This document shows, one piece after another, positions 48,948 to 57,050 of a DNA stretch of 64,000 nucleotides. The DNA lies in contig JAIYBC010000055.1 in the NCBI GenBank assembly GCA_027488845.1, positions 77,301-141,300 of the forward strand. The letters run 5' to 3'. This DNA comes from Verrucomicrobiales bacterium. Its GTDB lineage: Bacteria > Verrucomicrobiota > Verrucomicrobiia > Limisphaerales > UBA9464. A program made the position numbers and the translations under genes. How positions within the stretch are numbered: position 1 is the first letter of the stretch; every line of letters begins with the position of its first letter. Under the pieces are notes generated by a model, which saw nothing but the letters and a program-made list of their open reading frames with translations, made no database searches and was not told the origin of the DNA.

Positions 48948-49273
48948 AGATTCTCCTGATCCTCCTGCTGCTGGTCGTTTCCGAAATGGCGTTGGCCTTC
49001 CTGTTCGCGGCCGTCTCCCAGATCTTCTACAAGCGCCTGGGCCTCGACTTCCGCTCGGTCGCAAAGGGGGTGCTGGAGCGGACCTTCCTCGTGGTTGCGC
49101 TTCTCCTCGACTACCCACACGCCATGACGCTGTTCAGCGCGTTGAAGCTGGCGACGCGCCTGAGGCGGGAGGGGGCGGAGGAGCGCGGATTCAACGACTA
49201 CTACCTCATGGGGAACCTCCTCTCGGTGCTCGCCGCAATGGGCTACGTGCTGCTGATCCGGAAGCTCCGCTGA
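48944..49273 (+). CDS. SatE-like small membrane protein (DUF3307-type)
   Basis: 109 aa with three TM helices, translationally coupled to the SatD-like gene. Confidence 0.5.
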   Translation: MKILLILLLLVVSEMALAFLFAAVSQIFYKRLGLDFRSVAKGVLERTFLVVALLLDYPHAMTLFSALKLATRLRREGAEERGFNDYYLMGNLLSVLAAMGYVLLIRKLR

Positions 49274-49423
49274 TCCGATCCGACGGAGCGGGGGAGGACC
49301 TCGCACAGAACGCCAGGGCCCCAGCGATGAGCCAGGGCTGCCGGCGAAATGGCCGCCGCCGCGAACTTCTTCGGTTGCCGCAGGGGTGAACCGGTCCAGT
49401 GTCCCGGGTTCGTCCACCTTGTC

Positions 49424-50734
49424 ATGTCCCGTCCCACCCTCGCCATCCTCGGAACCGGCATCGCCGGACTCGGCTGCGCCCATTTCCTGCACCGGCGCTT
49501 CGACCTGACCCTGTTCGAACGCAATGCGCACACGGGCGGACACACGAACACCATCGACGTCGACGAATCCGGACGGCCGGTGCCCTTCGACACCGGGTTC
49601 ATGGTCTTCAACCGGGTCACCTACCCGTACCTCTGCGCCCTGTTCGAGGAGCTGAAGGTGCCGGTCCAGCCCACCGACATGTCCTTCTCGGTGCAGCATG
49701 TCCCCTCGGACCTCGAGTTCGCCGGCTCGAGCGTGAACCACCTCTTCGCCCAGCGCCGCAACCTGTTCCGTCCGCGCCACTGGGCCTTGCTCTACCAGGT
49801 CAACCGCTTCAACGCCGAGGCCGTCCGCGCCCTCGACGAACCGCAATGGCAGGGGATGGACGTCGGCACCTACGTCGGGAAACGGGGCTATGGACGCGAT
49901 TTCCTGGAGCACTACCTCGTGCCGATGAGCAGCGCCGTCTGGAGCACCCCTCCGGACCGCATGCTGGAGTTCCCGGCGATGACCCTCATCCGGTTCTTCC
50001 ACAACCACGGGTTCCTCGGCCTGCACACGCAGCATCCCTGGTGGACCGTCACCCACGGTGCCCGAGAATATGTGCGCCGACTGGTCCCGCCATTCGCCGA
50101 CCGCATCCGCAACGGACTCCCGGCGATCTCCGTGCGCCGCGTCGAGAACGGCACCGGCGCCGTCGTGACCACGGTCGACGGCCAAAGCACACGGTTCGAC
50201 AAGGTCATCCTCGCCGCCCATGCGGACGAGAGCCTCCGCATGTTGGCCGACGCGGACGCGGACGAACGGCGCCTCCTCGGCGAGTTCCGCTACCAGACCA
50301 ACCGGGCCACCGTGCACAGCGATCCCAAGGTCATGCCGAAGGCGAAACTGGCCTGGTCCGCGTGGAACTACCGGATGGCCACCGCGCCGGATGGAGCCGT
50401 GCGGCCCCAGACCGTCTACTGGATGAACCGGCTGCAGAACATGGACTGCAGGAAGGACTACTTCGTCTCCATCAACGGCGAACACGAGATCGACCCCGCC
50501 CGGGTCCATCGGAAGATCGACTACGAGCATCCTCTCTTCAGCCTGGGGGCGATCCGGGCGCAGTCGGAGTTGCCGCGCCTCAACCGCCGTTCCCCGGACC
50601 AGGCCGTGTACTTCGCGGGATCCTATTTCCGATACGGCTTCCATGAGGATGCCTTCGGTTCCGCCGTCGATCTCAGCCGGGTGATCCTTGGGGAACCGGT
50701 CTATCCGGGGATCGGGTGGCTGCCGGCGGCCTGA
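49424..50734 (+). CDS. NAD(P)/FAD-dependent oxidoreductase (amine-oxidase-like, CFA-synthase-associated type)
   Basis: LAILGTGIAGLGCAHFL dinucleotide-binding motif. Start at MSRPTLAILG. The overall family resemblance is consistent. Confidence 0.75.
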   Translation: MSRPTLAILGTGIAGLGCAHFLHRRFDLTLFERNAHTGGHTNTIDVDESGRPVPFDTGFMVFNRVTYPYLCALFEELKVPVQPTDMSFSVQHVPSDLEFAGSSVNHLFAQRRNLFRPRHWALLYQVNRFNAEAVRALDEPQWQGMDVGTYVGKRGYGRDFLEHYLVPMSSAVWSTPPDRMLEFPAMTLIRFFHNHGFLGLHTQHPWWTVTHGAREYVRRLVPPFADRIRNGLPAISVRRVENGTGAVVTTVDGQSTRFDKVILAAHADESLRMLADADADERRLLGEFRYQTNRATVHSDPKVMPKAKLAWSAWNYRMATAPDGAVRPQTVYWMNRLQNMDCRKDYFVSINGEHEIDPARVHRKIDYEHPLFSLGAIRAQSELPRLNRRSPDQAVYFAGSYFRYGFHEDAFGSAVDLSRVILGEPVYPGIGWLPAA

Positions 50735-50839
50735 AGCGGCCGTCGGCCGTCGTCCATCGCGCGTTTGTCGGGATCGGTCCCGGGCGCTCCTTCTTGTCGG
50801 AGGGCTTCCCATTTGGAGGTTCCACCGTAGGCTTTCGCC

Positions 50840-52054
50840 ATGCACCGCGGATCGCGCCCCTGGGACCGGAGGAATTTCCTCCGCGCCGGCCTGATCGGAA
50901 CCACCGGCCTCGCCCTCGCCGACTCGGTCGAGCTGCCGTTCGAGTTCGGTACCCGGCCCTTGGTGAAGTATCCGCAGAAACGGCCGCTGATCCGTCTCAC
51001 CACGCGTCCGCCCCAGCTGGAGACGCCGTTTGAGGTGTTCAACGAAAGCCTGCTGACGCCCAACGACGCCTTCTTCGTCCGGTACCACCTCGGCGGCTCG
51101 CCGCCGCCCGCGTCCGTCCTCGATCCGAAGACCTTCCGTCTCACCGTGGCCGGGACCGTCGGCAAGGAGCTGTCGCTTTCCCTCGAGGAACTCCGGAACG
51201 GCTTCGAGAACGTGGAGGTGGTGGCGGTGAACCAGTGTTCGGGCAACAGCCGCGGCCATTTCCAACCCCGTGTCCCGGGCGGCCAGTCGGGCCACGGTGC
51301 GATGGGATGTGCCCGTTGGCGCGGTGTCCGGCTGGCGGACGTTCTCAAGGCCGCGTCCCCGGCCGCGGGTTCGAGGCAGGTGCTGTTCGACGGCCTCGAC
51401 CGGCCGCTCGTGCCGACCATCCCGGACTTCGTGAAGTCCCTGGAACTGGAGGAGGCGTTGGAGTCCGGCGGCCTGCTGGCCTGGGAGATGAACGGCGAGG
51501 CGTTGCCGTGGCTCAACGGCTATCCGCTGCGCCTCGTGCTTCCGGGCCACTACGGCACCTACTGGATCAAGCACCTGCACTCGATCCGGCTGGTGGACGC
51601 CGAGTTCAAGGGCTTCTGGATGAACCCGGCCTACCGCATCCCGGACGATCCCTGCGCCCATGTGGAACCCGGGACGGCGCCGAAGCGCACCGTGCCGATC
51701 CGGCGTTTCAACGTGCGCTCCTTCCTGACCAGCCTGACGTCCGGAGCCCGCGTGCCTTCCGGGAACGAAACCCTCCTGCGCGGCATCGCCTTCGACGGCG
51801 GCGCCGGGATCCGTGAGGTCCTGGTCTCGACGGACGACGGACGCAGCTGGTCCGGGGCCGCGCTGGGACGCGACCTCGGGCGGTTCGCCTTCCGCGAATG
51901 GACCTTGGCCTGGAAGCCGTCCGTGGCCGGCGCCACCGCGGTGAAGGTCCGAGCGGTGAACCGGCTCGGGGAAGGCCAGCCGATGGAGCCCCTCTGGAAT
52001 CCCTCCGGGTACATGCGCAACGTCGTCGAACGCACCCCACTCGTCGTCCTATGA
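50840..52054 (+). CDS. sulfite oxidase-family molybdopterin oxidoreductase (SorA-like periplasmic sulfite dehydrogenase)
   Basis: Tat signal RRNFLRAGL, the Mo-ligand cysteine context VNQCSGNSRGHF, and a dimerisation domain. Confidence 0.8.
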   Translation: MHRGSRPWDRRNFLRAGLIGTTGLALADSVELPFEFGTRPLVKYPQKRPLIRLTTRPPQLETPFEVFNESLLTPNDAFFVRYHLGGSPPPASVLDPKTFRLTVAGTVGKELSLSLEELRNGFENVEVVAVNQCSGNSRGHFQPRVPGGQSGHGAMGCARWRGVRLADVLKAASPAAGSRQVLFDGLDRPLVPTIPDFVKSLELEEALESGGLLAWEMNGEALPWLNGYPLRLVLPGHYGTYWIKHLHSIRLVDAEFKGFWMNPAYRIPDDPCAHVEPGTAPKRTVPIRRFNVRSFLTSLTSGARVPSGNETLLRGIAFDGGAGIREVLVSTDDGRSWSGAALGRDLGRFAFREWTLAWKPSVAGATAVKVRAVNRLGEGQPMEPLWNPSGYMRNVVERTPLVVL

Positions 52055-52437
52055 GCCCATCCCGTCGTCCGAAATCCTCCCCGACCGACGCCGTGGCGTG
52101 GTTGGCTGCGTTCCCCGTGGGCCTGGCCGTCGTGGCATTGGCCGCCGTCGGACCCGTGGCCGTGCCCGAGGAACCGCCGCGCAATCCCCACGCGGCGGAC
52201 GCCTGGACGTTGCCGGCCGGCGAGCCGGTGTTCCCGGCCGACGAGGACGCCATGCCGTTGCGCCGCCACTGCCAGCTTTGCCATTCCTCGGACTACATCT
52301 CCACCCAGCCCCGGCTGTCCCGCAAGGCCTGGGAGGCGAACGTCGAGAAGATGCGCTCGAAGTACGGCGCCCCCATCCCGACCAACGCCGTCCCGGCCAT
52401 CGTGGAGTACCTGGTGAGGAACCACGGCACGCCATGA
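52051..52437 (+). CDS. mono-haem cytochrome c subunit (SorB-like)
   Basis: ATGA overlap with the preceding gene, a signal/TM segment, and a single CQLCH haem motif. Confidence 0.7.
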   Translation: MSPSRRPKSSPTDAVAWLAAFPVGLAVVALAAVGPVAVPEEPPRNPHAADAWTLPAGEPVFPADEDAMPLRRHCQLCHSSDYISTQPRLSRKAWEANVEKMRSKYGAPIPTNAVPAIVEYLVRNHGTP

Positions 52438-52462
52438 GGCTTCCCCGCGTCCGTCGATCCCG

Positions 52463-54307
52463 ATGACCTTCCTCGCCCCGGCCGCGTTCCTCTTCGCCCT
52501 GGCCCTGCCGGTGGTGCTGGCGATGTACCTGCTCAAGCGCAGGAGGACGTCCCGGGTGGTTCCGAGCCTCCGGGTGTGGGAACGCTTCCTCGCCGAGAGC
52601 CGCGCCAACAGTCCGTTCCAGAAGCTCCGTCGACAGCTGCTGCTCCTGCTCCAGCTGCTGTTCGTCGCCCTCCTCGTGTTCGCCCTCGCACGGCCGCGGC
52701 TCCAGGGGTGGGTCCGCAAATCGGGCCTCCGGATACTGGTCCTCGACGCCAGCGCCTCGATGCAGAGCACCGACGAGAAGCCATCCCGCTTCGCACGGGC
52801 CCGCGCGGAGGCGATGGCCTTCGTCGACGCGCTGCCTTCGTCCGACGTACAGGCGGTGGTCCTCGTCGCCGGGGCCTCCACCGAAGTGCGCCAGGCCGCC
52901 ACCTCGGATCCCGCCGCCCTGCGCCGCGCGCTCGAAGGGGCGTCGGCCGACGATTCGCCGAACCGGCTGACCGACGCCCTGGCGATCGCCGAGACATTGG
53001 TCCGCAATGTGAGGGACGCCGAGGTGCACCTGTTCAGCGACGGTGCCGTGGGCGGCCTTGAGGCGTTCGCCACCCGGGACCTTCCGCTCGTCTACCACCG
53101 TGTCGGACAACGCGTCCGCAACGTCGGGATCGTCCGCATGGAGGTGCGTTCCGATCCCGAGGATTCCCGTCGCCGCTCCGTCTTCGCCGTGGTGCGCAAC
53201 CCGGGGCCGGAGTCCATCGCCGGCGTGGCGGACCTGCTCCTCGACGGAGCCGTGCTCGAATCGCGCCCGTTCGACATCGCGTCGACCAACGCGCTCGCCC
53301 TGTCCTTCGGCCTGCTTCAGGAGCGCGATGCCGTGGTCTCGGTGAGGCTGGCGGTCGAGGACGACCTCGCCGTGGACAACGAGGTCCGCTGGGTCAGCCG
53401 TCTGCCGCAGCCGGTGAAGGTCCGGTTGGTCACGCAGGGAAACCGTTTCCTCGAGAAGGCCCTGCGCGCGGCCGGTCCCCGGGTCCGGCTCGAGGTGGTT
53501 CCCGACATCGTGCCCGGCATGGAGGACGTCTCGGTCACGGTGTTGGACGACGTGTTGCCGCGCCTCTGGCCGAAATCCGGCGGGGTGCTCGCGATCCATG
53601 CGGTTCCACCGGCGTGGTTCCCGGCCGGCTCGACTCCATTGGAATCCCCGGCCGTCATCGACTGGCGGGGCACCCATCCGCTCCTGCGTTTCGTCGGATT
53701 CGACACGGTCCAGGTCGCCCGGGCCGAATCGGTCGCCACGCCGCCGTGGGCGGAATCCCTGGTCGACTCGCAACGGTCCTCCCTGTTGATGGCCGGCGAG
53801 GTCGGCGGCAACCGCGTCGCGTGGGTCGGCTTCGACCTGCTTCAGAGCACCTGGCCCCTGCGGGTCGGATTCCCGATCTTCGTGGCCAACGCCGTGGAAT
53901 GGCTCGATCCGGAGACACGGCGCGACGCCGGACTCCAGATCCGGCCCGGAGACGCCTTCCGTTGGCCGATCGAAAACCCGGGGACGACGGCCCGGATCGT
54001 CCTGCCCGACCGGTCGTCGGAGTCCGTGCCGCTGGGAAACGGCGCGACCGAGCTGGTCTTCGCCGGGACGGGACGACAGGGACTCTACCGGTTCGAATCC
54101 GGCACCAATGTGGTCACCTTCGCCGCCAACCTCCTCGACCCGCAGGAGACCGACTCAAGGCCCGCGGAATCCCTCGACCTCGGAAAGCGGGGCCGGGTGG
54201 AGGCGGCGGAAGAGGTCCGAGGCGGACAGGAACTCTGGCGCTGGTTCGGGGTGTCCGCCCTGGTCCTGCTGATGCTCGAGTGGTGGTGGTTCCACAGGAG
54301 GACGTGA
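52463..54307 (+). CDS. BatA-like VWA-domain membrane protein
   Basis: The characteristic N-terminal double-TM LKRRR segment (FLFALALPVVLAMYLLKRRRTSRVVPSLRVWERF), a VWA fold (LVLDASASM), and a C-terminal TM. Confidence 0.75.
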   Translation: MTFLAPAAFLFALALPVVLAMYLLKRRRTSRVVPSLRVWERFLAESRANSPFQKLRRQLLLLLQLLFVALLVFALARPRLQGWVRKSGLRILVLDASASMQSTDEKPSRFARARAEAMAFVDALPSSDVQAVVLVAGASTEVRQAATSDPAALRRALEGASADDSPNRLTDALAIAETLVRNVRDAEVHLFSDGAVGGLEAFATRDLPLVYHRVGQRVRNVGIVRMEVRSDPEDSRRRSVFAVVRNPGPESIAGVADLLLDGAVLESRPFDIASTNALALSFGLLQERDAVVSVRLAVEDDLAVDNEVRWVSRLPQPVKVRLVTQGNRFLEKALRAAGPRVRLEVVPDIVPGMEDVSVTVLDDVLPRLWPKSGGVLAIHAVPPAWFPAGSTPLESPAVIDWRGTHPLLRFVGFDTVQVARAESVATPPWAESLVDSQRSSLLMAGEVGGNRVAWVGFDLLQSTWPLRVGFPIFVANAVEWLDPETRRDAGLQIRPGDAFRWPIENPGTTARIVLPDRSSESVPLGNGATELVFAGTGRQGLYRFESGTNVVTFAANLLDPQETDSRPAESLDLGKRGRVEAAEEVRGGQELWRWFGVSALVLLMLEWWWFHRRT

Positions 54308-54317
54308 GGGGGGCCGG

Positions 54318-54403
54318 GTTGAAGGGTTGAACGGTGAAGGGTTGAAAGGTGAAGGGTTGAAGGGTTGAAGGGTTGAAGGGTTGAAGGGGGAAGGGCTGAA
54401 GGG
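54318..54403. repeat. tandem 8-nt repeat (GTTGAAGG)n, ~12 units
   Basis: gttgaagg gttgaacg gtgaagg gttgaaag gtgaagg (gttgaagg)x4 gggaagg gctgaagg. Begins 10 nt after the VWA stop, between convergent genes. Confidence 0.85.
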
Positions 54404-54504
54404 ACAAGTGACAGGGGGAGTAGGTCAGAGGAACGGGAGAAGCGGGGGAGGCCAGCTGCAACTGGCAACAGCCAACGGACCACTGGCAACGGACCAACAG
54501 CAAC

Positions 54505-55326
54505 TCAGACGTACAATTCCCTGCGGAGCTCGTAGGCCACCACCGACATCGAGCCGTAGCGGCGGTCGGGATCCTGTTCGAGGCACTTCAGGATGATCCG
54601 CTCGAGTCCCGCCGGGATGTCCGGGTTCAGTGCGCGTGGGGTCTGGAATCCGGCCCGGTCCCGCTGGCCGCGGTACACGTCGTCGGCGCTCTCGCCCGGG
54701 AACGGCTTGCGGTAGGTGAGCAATTCGAACGCGCTCACCCCAAAGGCCCAGACGTCGGCCCGGTGGTCCACCGGTTCACGGCCGAGCTGTTCGGGGGACA
54801 TGTAGTGCGGGGTGCCCGGGTTCTTGTCCAGTTTGCGGGGCGGATTCGGGATCGGCTGGGCGAGGTCGAAGTCGATCAGGCGCAGGCTGCCGTTCCGGGT
54901 CAACAGCACGTTCTCCGGCTTGAAGTCGAGGTGCATGAACCCGCGGTCGTGGACCACCTCAAGGGACTCGGCCATGTCGATCAGCACCTGGGCGATGCCC
55001 TCGGACAACACCGGGTCGTTGGCGGCCATCCGCAGCTTCAGGTTCTCGCCCTCCACGTACTCCAGCACCAACGCCAGTTCGCCGCCGATCTTGCCGTGCT
55101 CGATGTAGCCGATGATGTGGCGTCCGTCCTGGCAGGCCTTCAACGTCTCGCAGCCGGTCAGGAATCGCCGACGCTCGGTGAAGGCGAACGTCGAGTTGTT
55201 GAGCATCAGCCGCACCGCCACCGCCTTGCCCGTGGTGTCGGTCCCCAGCCAGATCTCGGACATGCCTCCGGCGTTGATCTCCTCGTGGAGCGTGTAGGGG
55301 CCGAGTTGGGTTCCGTGGCGGGACAT
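54505..55326 (-). CDS. minimal Ser/Thr protein kinase (kinase domain only, 273 aa)
   Basis: Gly-rich loop context GGMSEIWLG, AVAVRL, HRGFMHLDFKPENVLL, IDFDLA, GTPHYMSPE and DVWAFGV. The upstream in-frame extension in the ORF track is not genic. Confidence 0.8.
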   Translation of the reverse strand: MSRHGTQLGPYTLHEEINAGGMSEIWLGTDTTGKAVAVRLMLNNSTFAFTERRRFLTGCETLKACQDGRHIIGYIEHGKIGGELALVLEYVEGENLKLRMAANDPVLSEGIAQVLIDMAESLEVVHDRGFMHLDFKPENVLLTRNGSLRLIDFDLAQPIPNPPRKLDKNPGTPHYMSPEQLGREPVDHRADVWAFGVSAFELLTYRKPFPGESADDVYRGQRDRAGFQTPRALNPDIPAGLERIILKCLEQDPDRRYGSMSVVAYELRRELYV

Positions 55327-55443
55327 GGAGCTGAAATCGCGGCGGTGAGCTAACAGAAAGGGCCGGCTCCTCCAAACGAAAGTTCCGGGGAACGTCGCTT
55401 TGGCGGGTTTCCGCCGGGTCCGTTCCGGGGCATTCTCCCCGAC

Positions 55444-56820
55444 GTGAACCGCAGGTCCCTCCTGAATCGCCTCGCCCGTTCCCTCGAGGACGGCGAACTC
55501 AGCTTCACCCCGGAAGCCATCCGCTCCCATTCCGGCGACAAGTGGTTCGCCAGCCACCCTCCCGAGGCGGTGGCCCTTCCGCGCTCCGTCGAGTCGGTCT
55601 CCCGGATCCTCACCTTCGCCCACCGCCACCGCATCCCCGTCACCCCACGCGGCGCGGGACACGGCTATGTCGGCGGCTGCGTGCCGGTCCAGGGCGGCAT
55701 CGCGCTCTCGGTCGCCGGCATGGACCGGATCCTGGACATCAGCGCCGCCGACTTCACCGCGACCGTCCAGCCCGGCGTCATCACCGCGCGCCTCCAGGAA
55801 GCGGTCGAACGGAAGGGCTTGTACTACCCGCCGGATCCCGCGAGCCGGGCCGACTGCTCGATCGGTGGCAACGTGGCGACCAACGCCGGCGGGCCGCGGT
55901 GCCTCAAGTACGGCGTGACCCGCGACTACGTGCTCGGCCTGGAGGTGGTGCTCGCCGACGGCGGCCGCGTCCGGCTCGGCGGAAGGACACACAAGAACAA
56001 GACCGGATTCGACCTGCACCGCCTCTTCGTGGGCAGCGAGGGGATGCTGGGCGTGGTGACGGAGGCGACACTGAAGCTCATCCCGTTGCCGCAGTACCGC
56101 GCCTGCCTCGGCATGGGCTTCCGCGACATGGCCACGGCCACCCGGGTGCTGAAGGCGATCTTCCGCGCCGGCTTCCTTCCCAGCGCCCTCGAGCTGGCCG
56201 ACGGCTTCACCATCGAGGCGGCCCGCAAACGCACCGGCTCCGACCTGTTGAAGGGCGCCGGGGCCCTGATGATCGTCGAGCTGGACGGCCATGAGCGGAG
56301 CGTGCGTCGGGAGATCGCGGACCTCGGCCGGCTGCTGGGGCCGTTCCAACCCACGTTCTGCCAGAAGGGCCTCGGTCCGGAGGGCTGCGAGCGCTTCTGG
56401 CAACTGCGGCGGGAGTTCAGCTACTCGCTGCGGGACACCGGACTCACCAAGCTCAACGAGGACGTCGTCGTCCCGCGTGGCCAACTCGGGGCGCTGTTCC
56501 GGCTCGGGGCCTCCATCCAGAAGCGTCACGGAATCCGCGTCGCCTGCTTCGGCCACGCCGGCGACGGGAACATCCACGTGAACCTCATGGTGGACGACAC
56601 GCGTCCCGAACAGCGGGCCGCCTGCGATGCCGCGTTGGACGAGCTTTTCCGCGGCGTCGTCGCGCTTGGCGGGAGCGTCACCGGCGAACATGGCATCGGC
56701 CTCGCGAAGAAGCCCTGGTGGCCGATCGCCGTGAGCCCCGAGTCCGACGCCCTCCACCGCCGGATCAAGGCTGCCTTGGACCCGCACGGGATCCTGAACC
56801 CGGGCAAGTTCCTCGGCTGA
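55444..56820 (+). CDS. FAD-binding oxidoreductase, GlcD/D-lactate dehydrogenase family
   Basis: FAD-binding PCMH domain (PRGAGHGYVGG; SIGGNVATNAGG) and the C-terminal family motif GSVTGEHGIGLAKK. GTG start. Confidence 0.8.
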   Translation: MNRRSLLNRLARSLEDGELSFTPEAIRSHSGDKWFASHPPEAVALPRSVESVSRILTFAHRHRIPVTPRGAGHGYVGGCVPVQGGIALSVAGMDRILDISAADFTATVQPGVITARLQEAVERKGLYYPPDPASRADCSIGGNVATNAGGPRCLKYGVTRDYVLGLEVVLADGGRVRLGGRTHKNKTGFDLHRLFVGSEGMLGVVTEATLKLIPLPQYRACLGMGFRDMATATRVLKAIFRAGFLPSALELADGFTIEAARKRTGSDLLKGAGALMIVELDGHERSVRREIADLGRLLGPFQPTFCQKGLGPEGCERFWQLRREFSYSLRDTGLTKLNEDVVVPRGQLGALFRLGASIQKRHGIRVACFGHAGDGNIHVNLMVDDTRPEQRAACDAALDELFRGVVALGGSVTGEHGIGLAKKPWWPIAVSPESDALHRRIKAALDPHGILNPGKFLG

Positions 56821-57050
56821 GCCGGGACCAATCAATGGGGGACAAAGTGGACCTCACGCCAACGCGCCAGGACGCCGACGGGGGATGGGATTCCGGGGCG
56901 GATCGCCGCCTCCGTTGGAGTCTCCGCGGTTGGGTTCCGGTTCGATTGCGGCTGCGCGCCATGGCGTGAGGGGCCCTTCTGAAGGGACCCGGTGAAACTG
57001 AACCGGCCGGCCCCGTTTCCAGGGCCGGCCGGTCGTGTCCCCACACGGAC

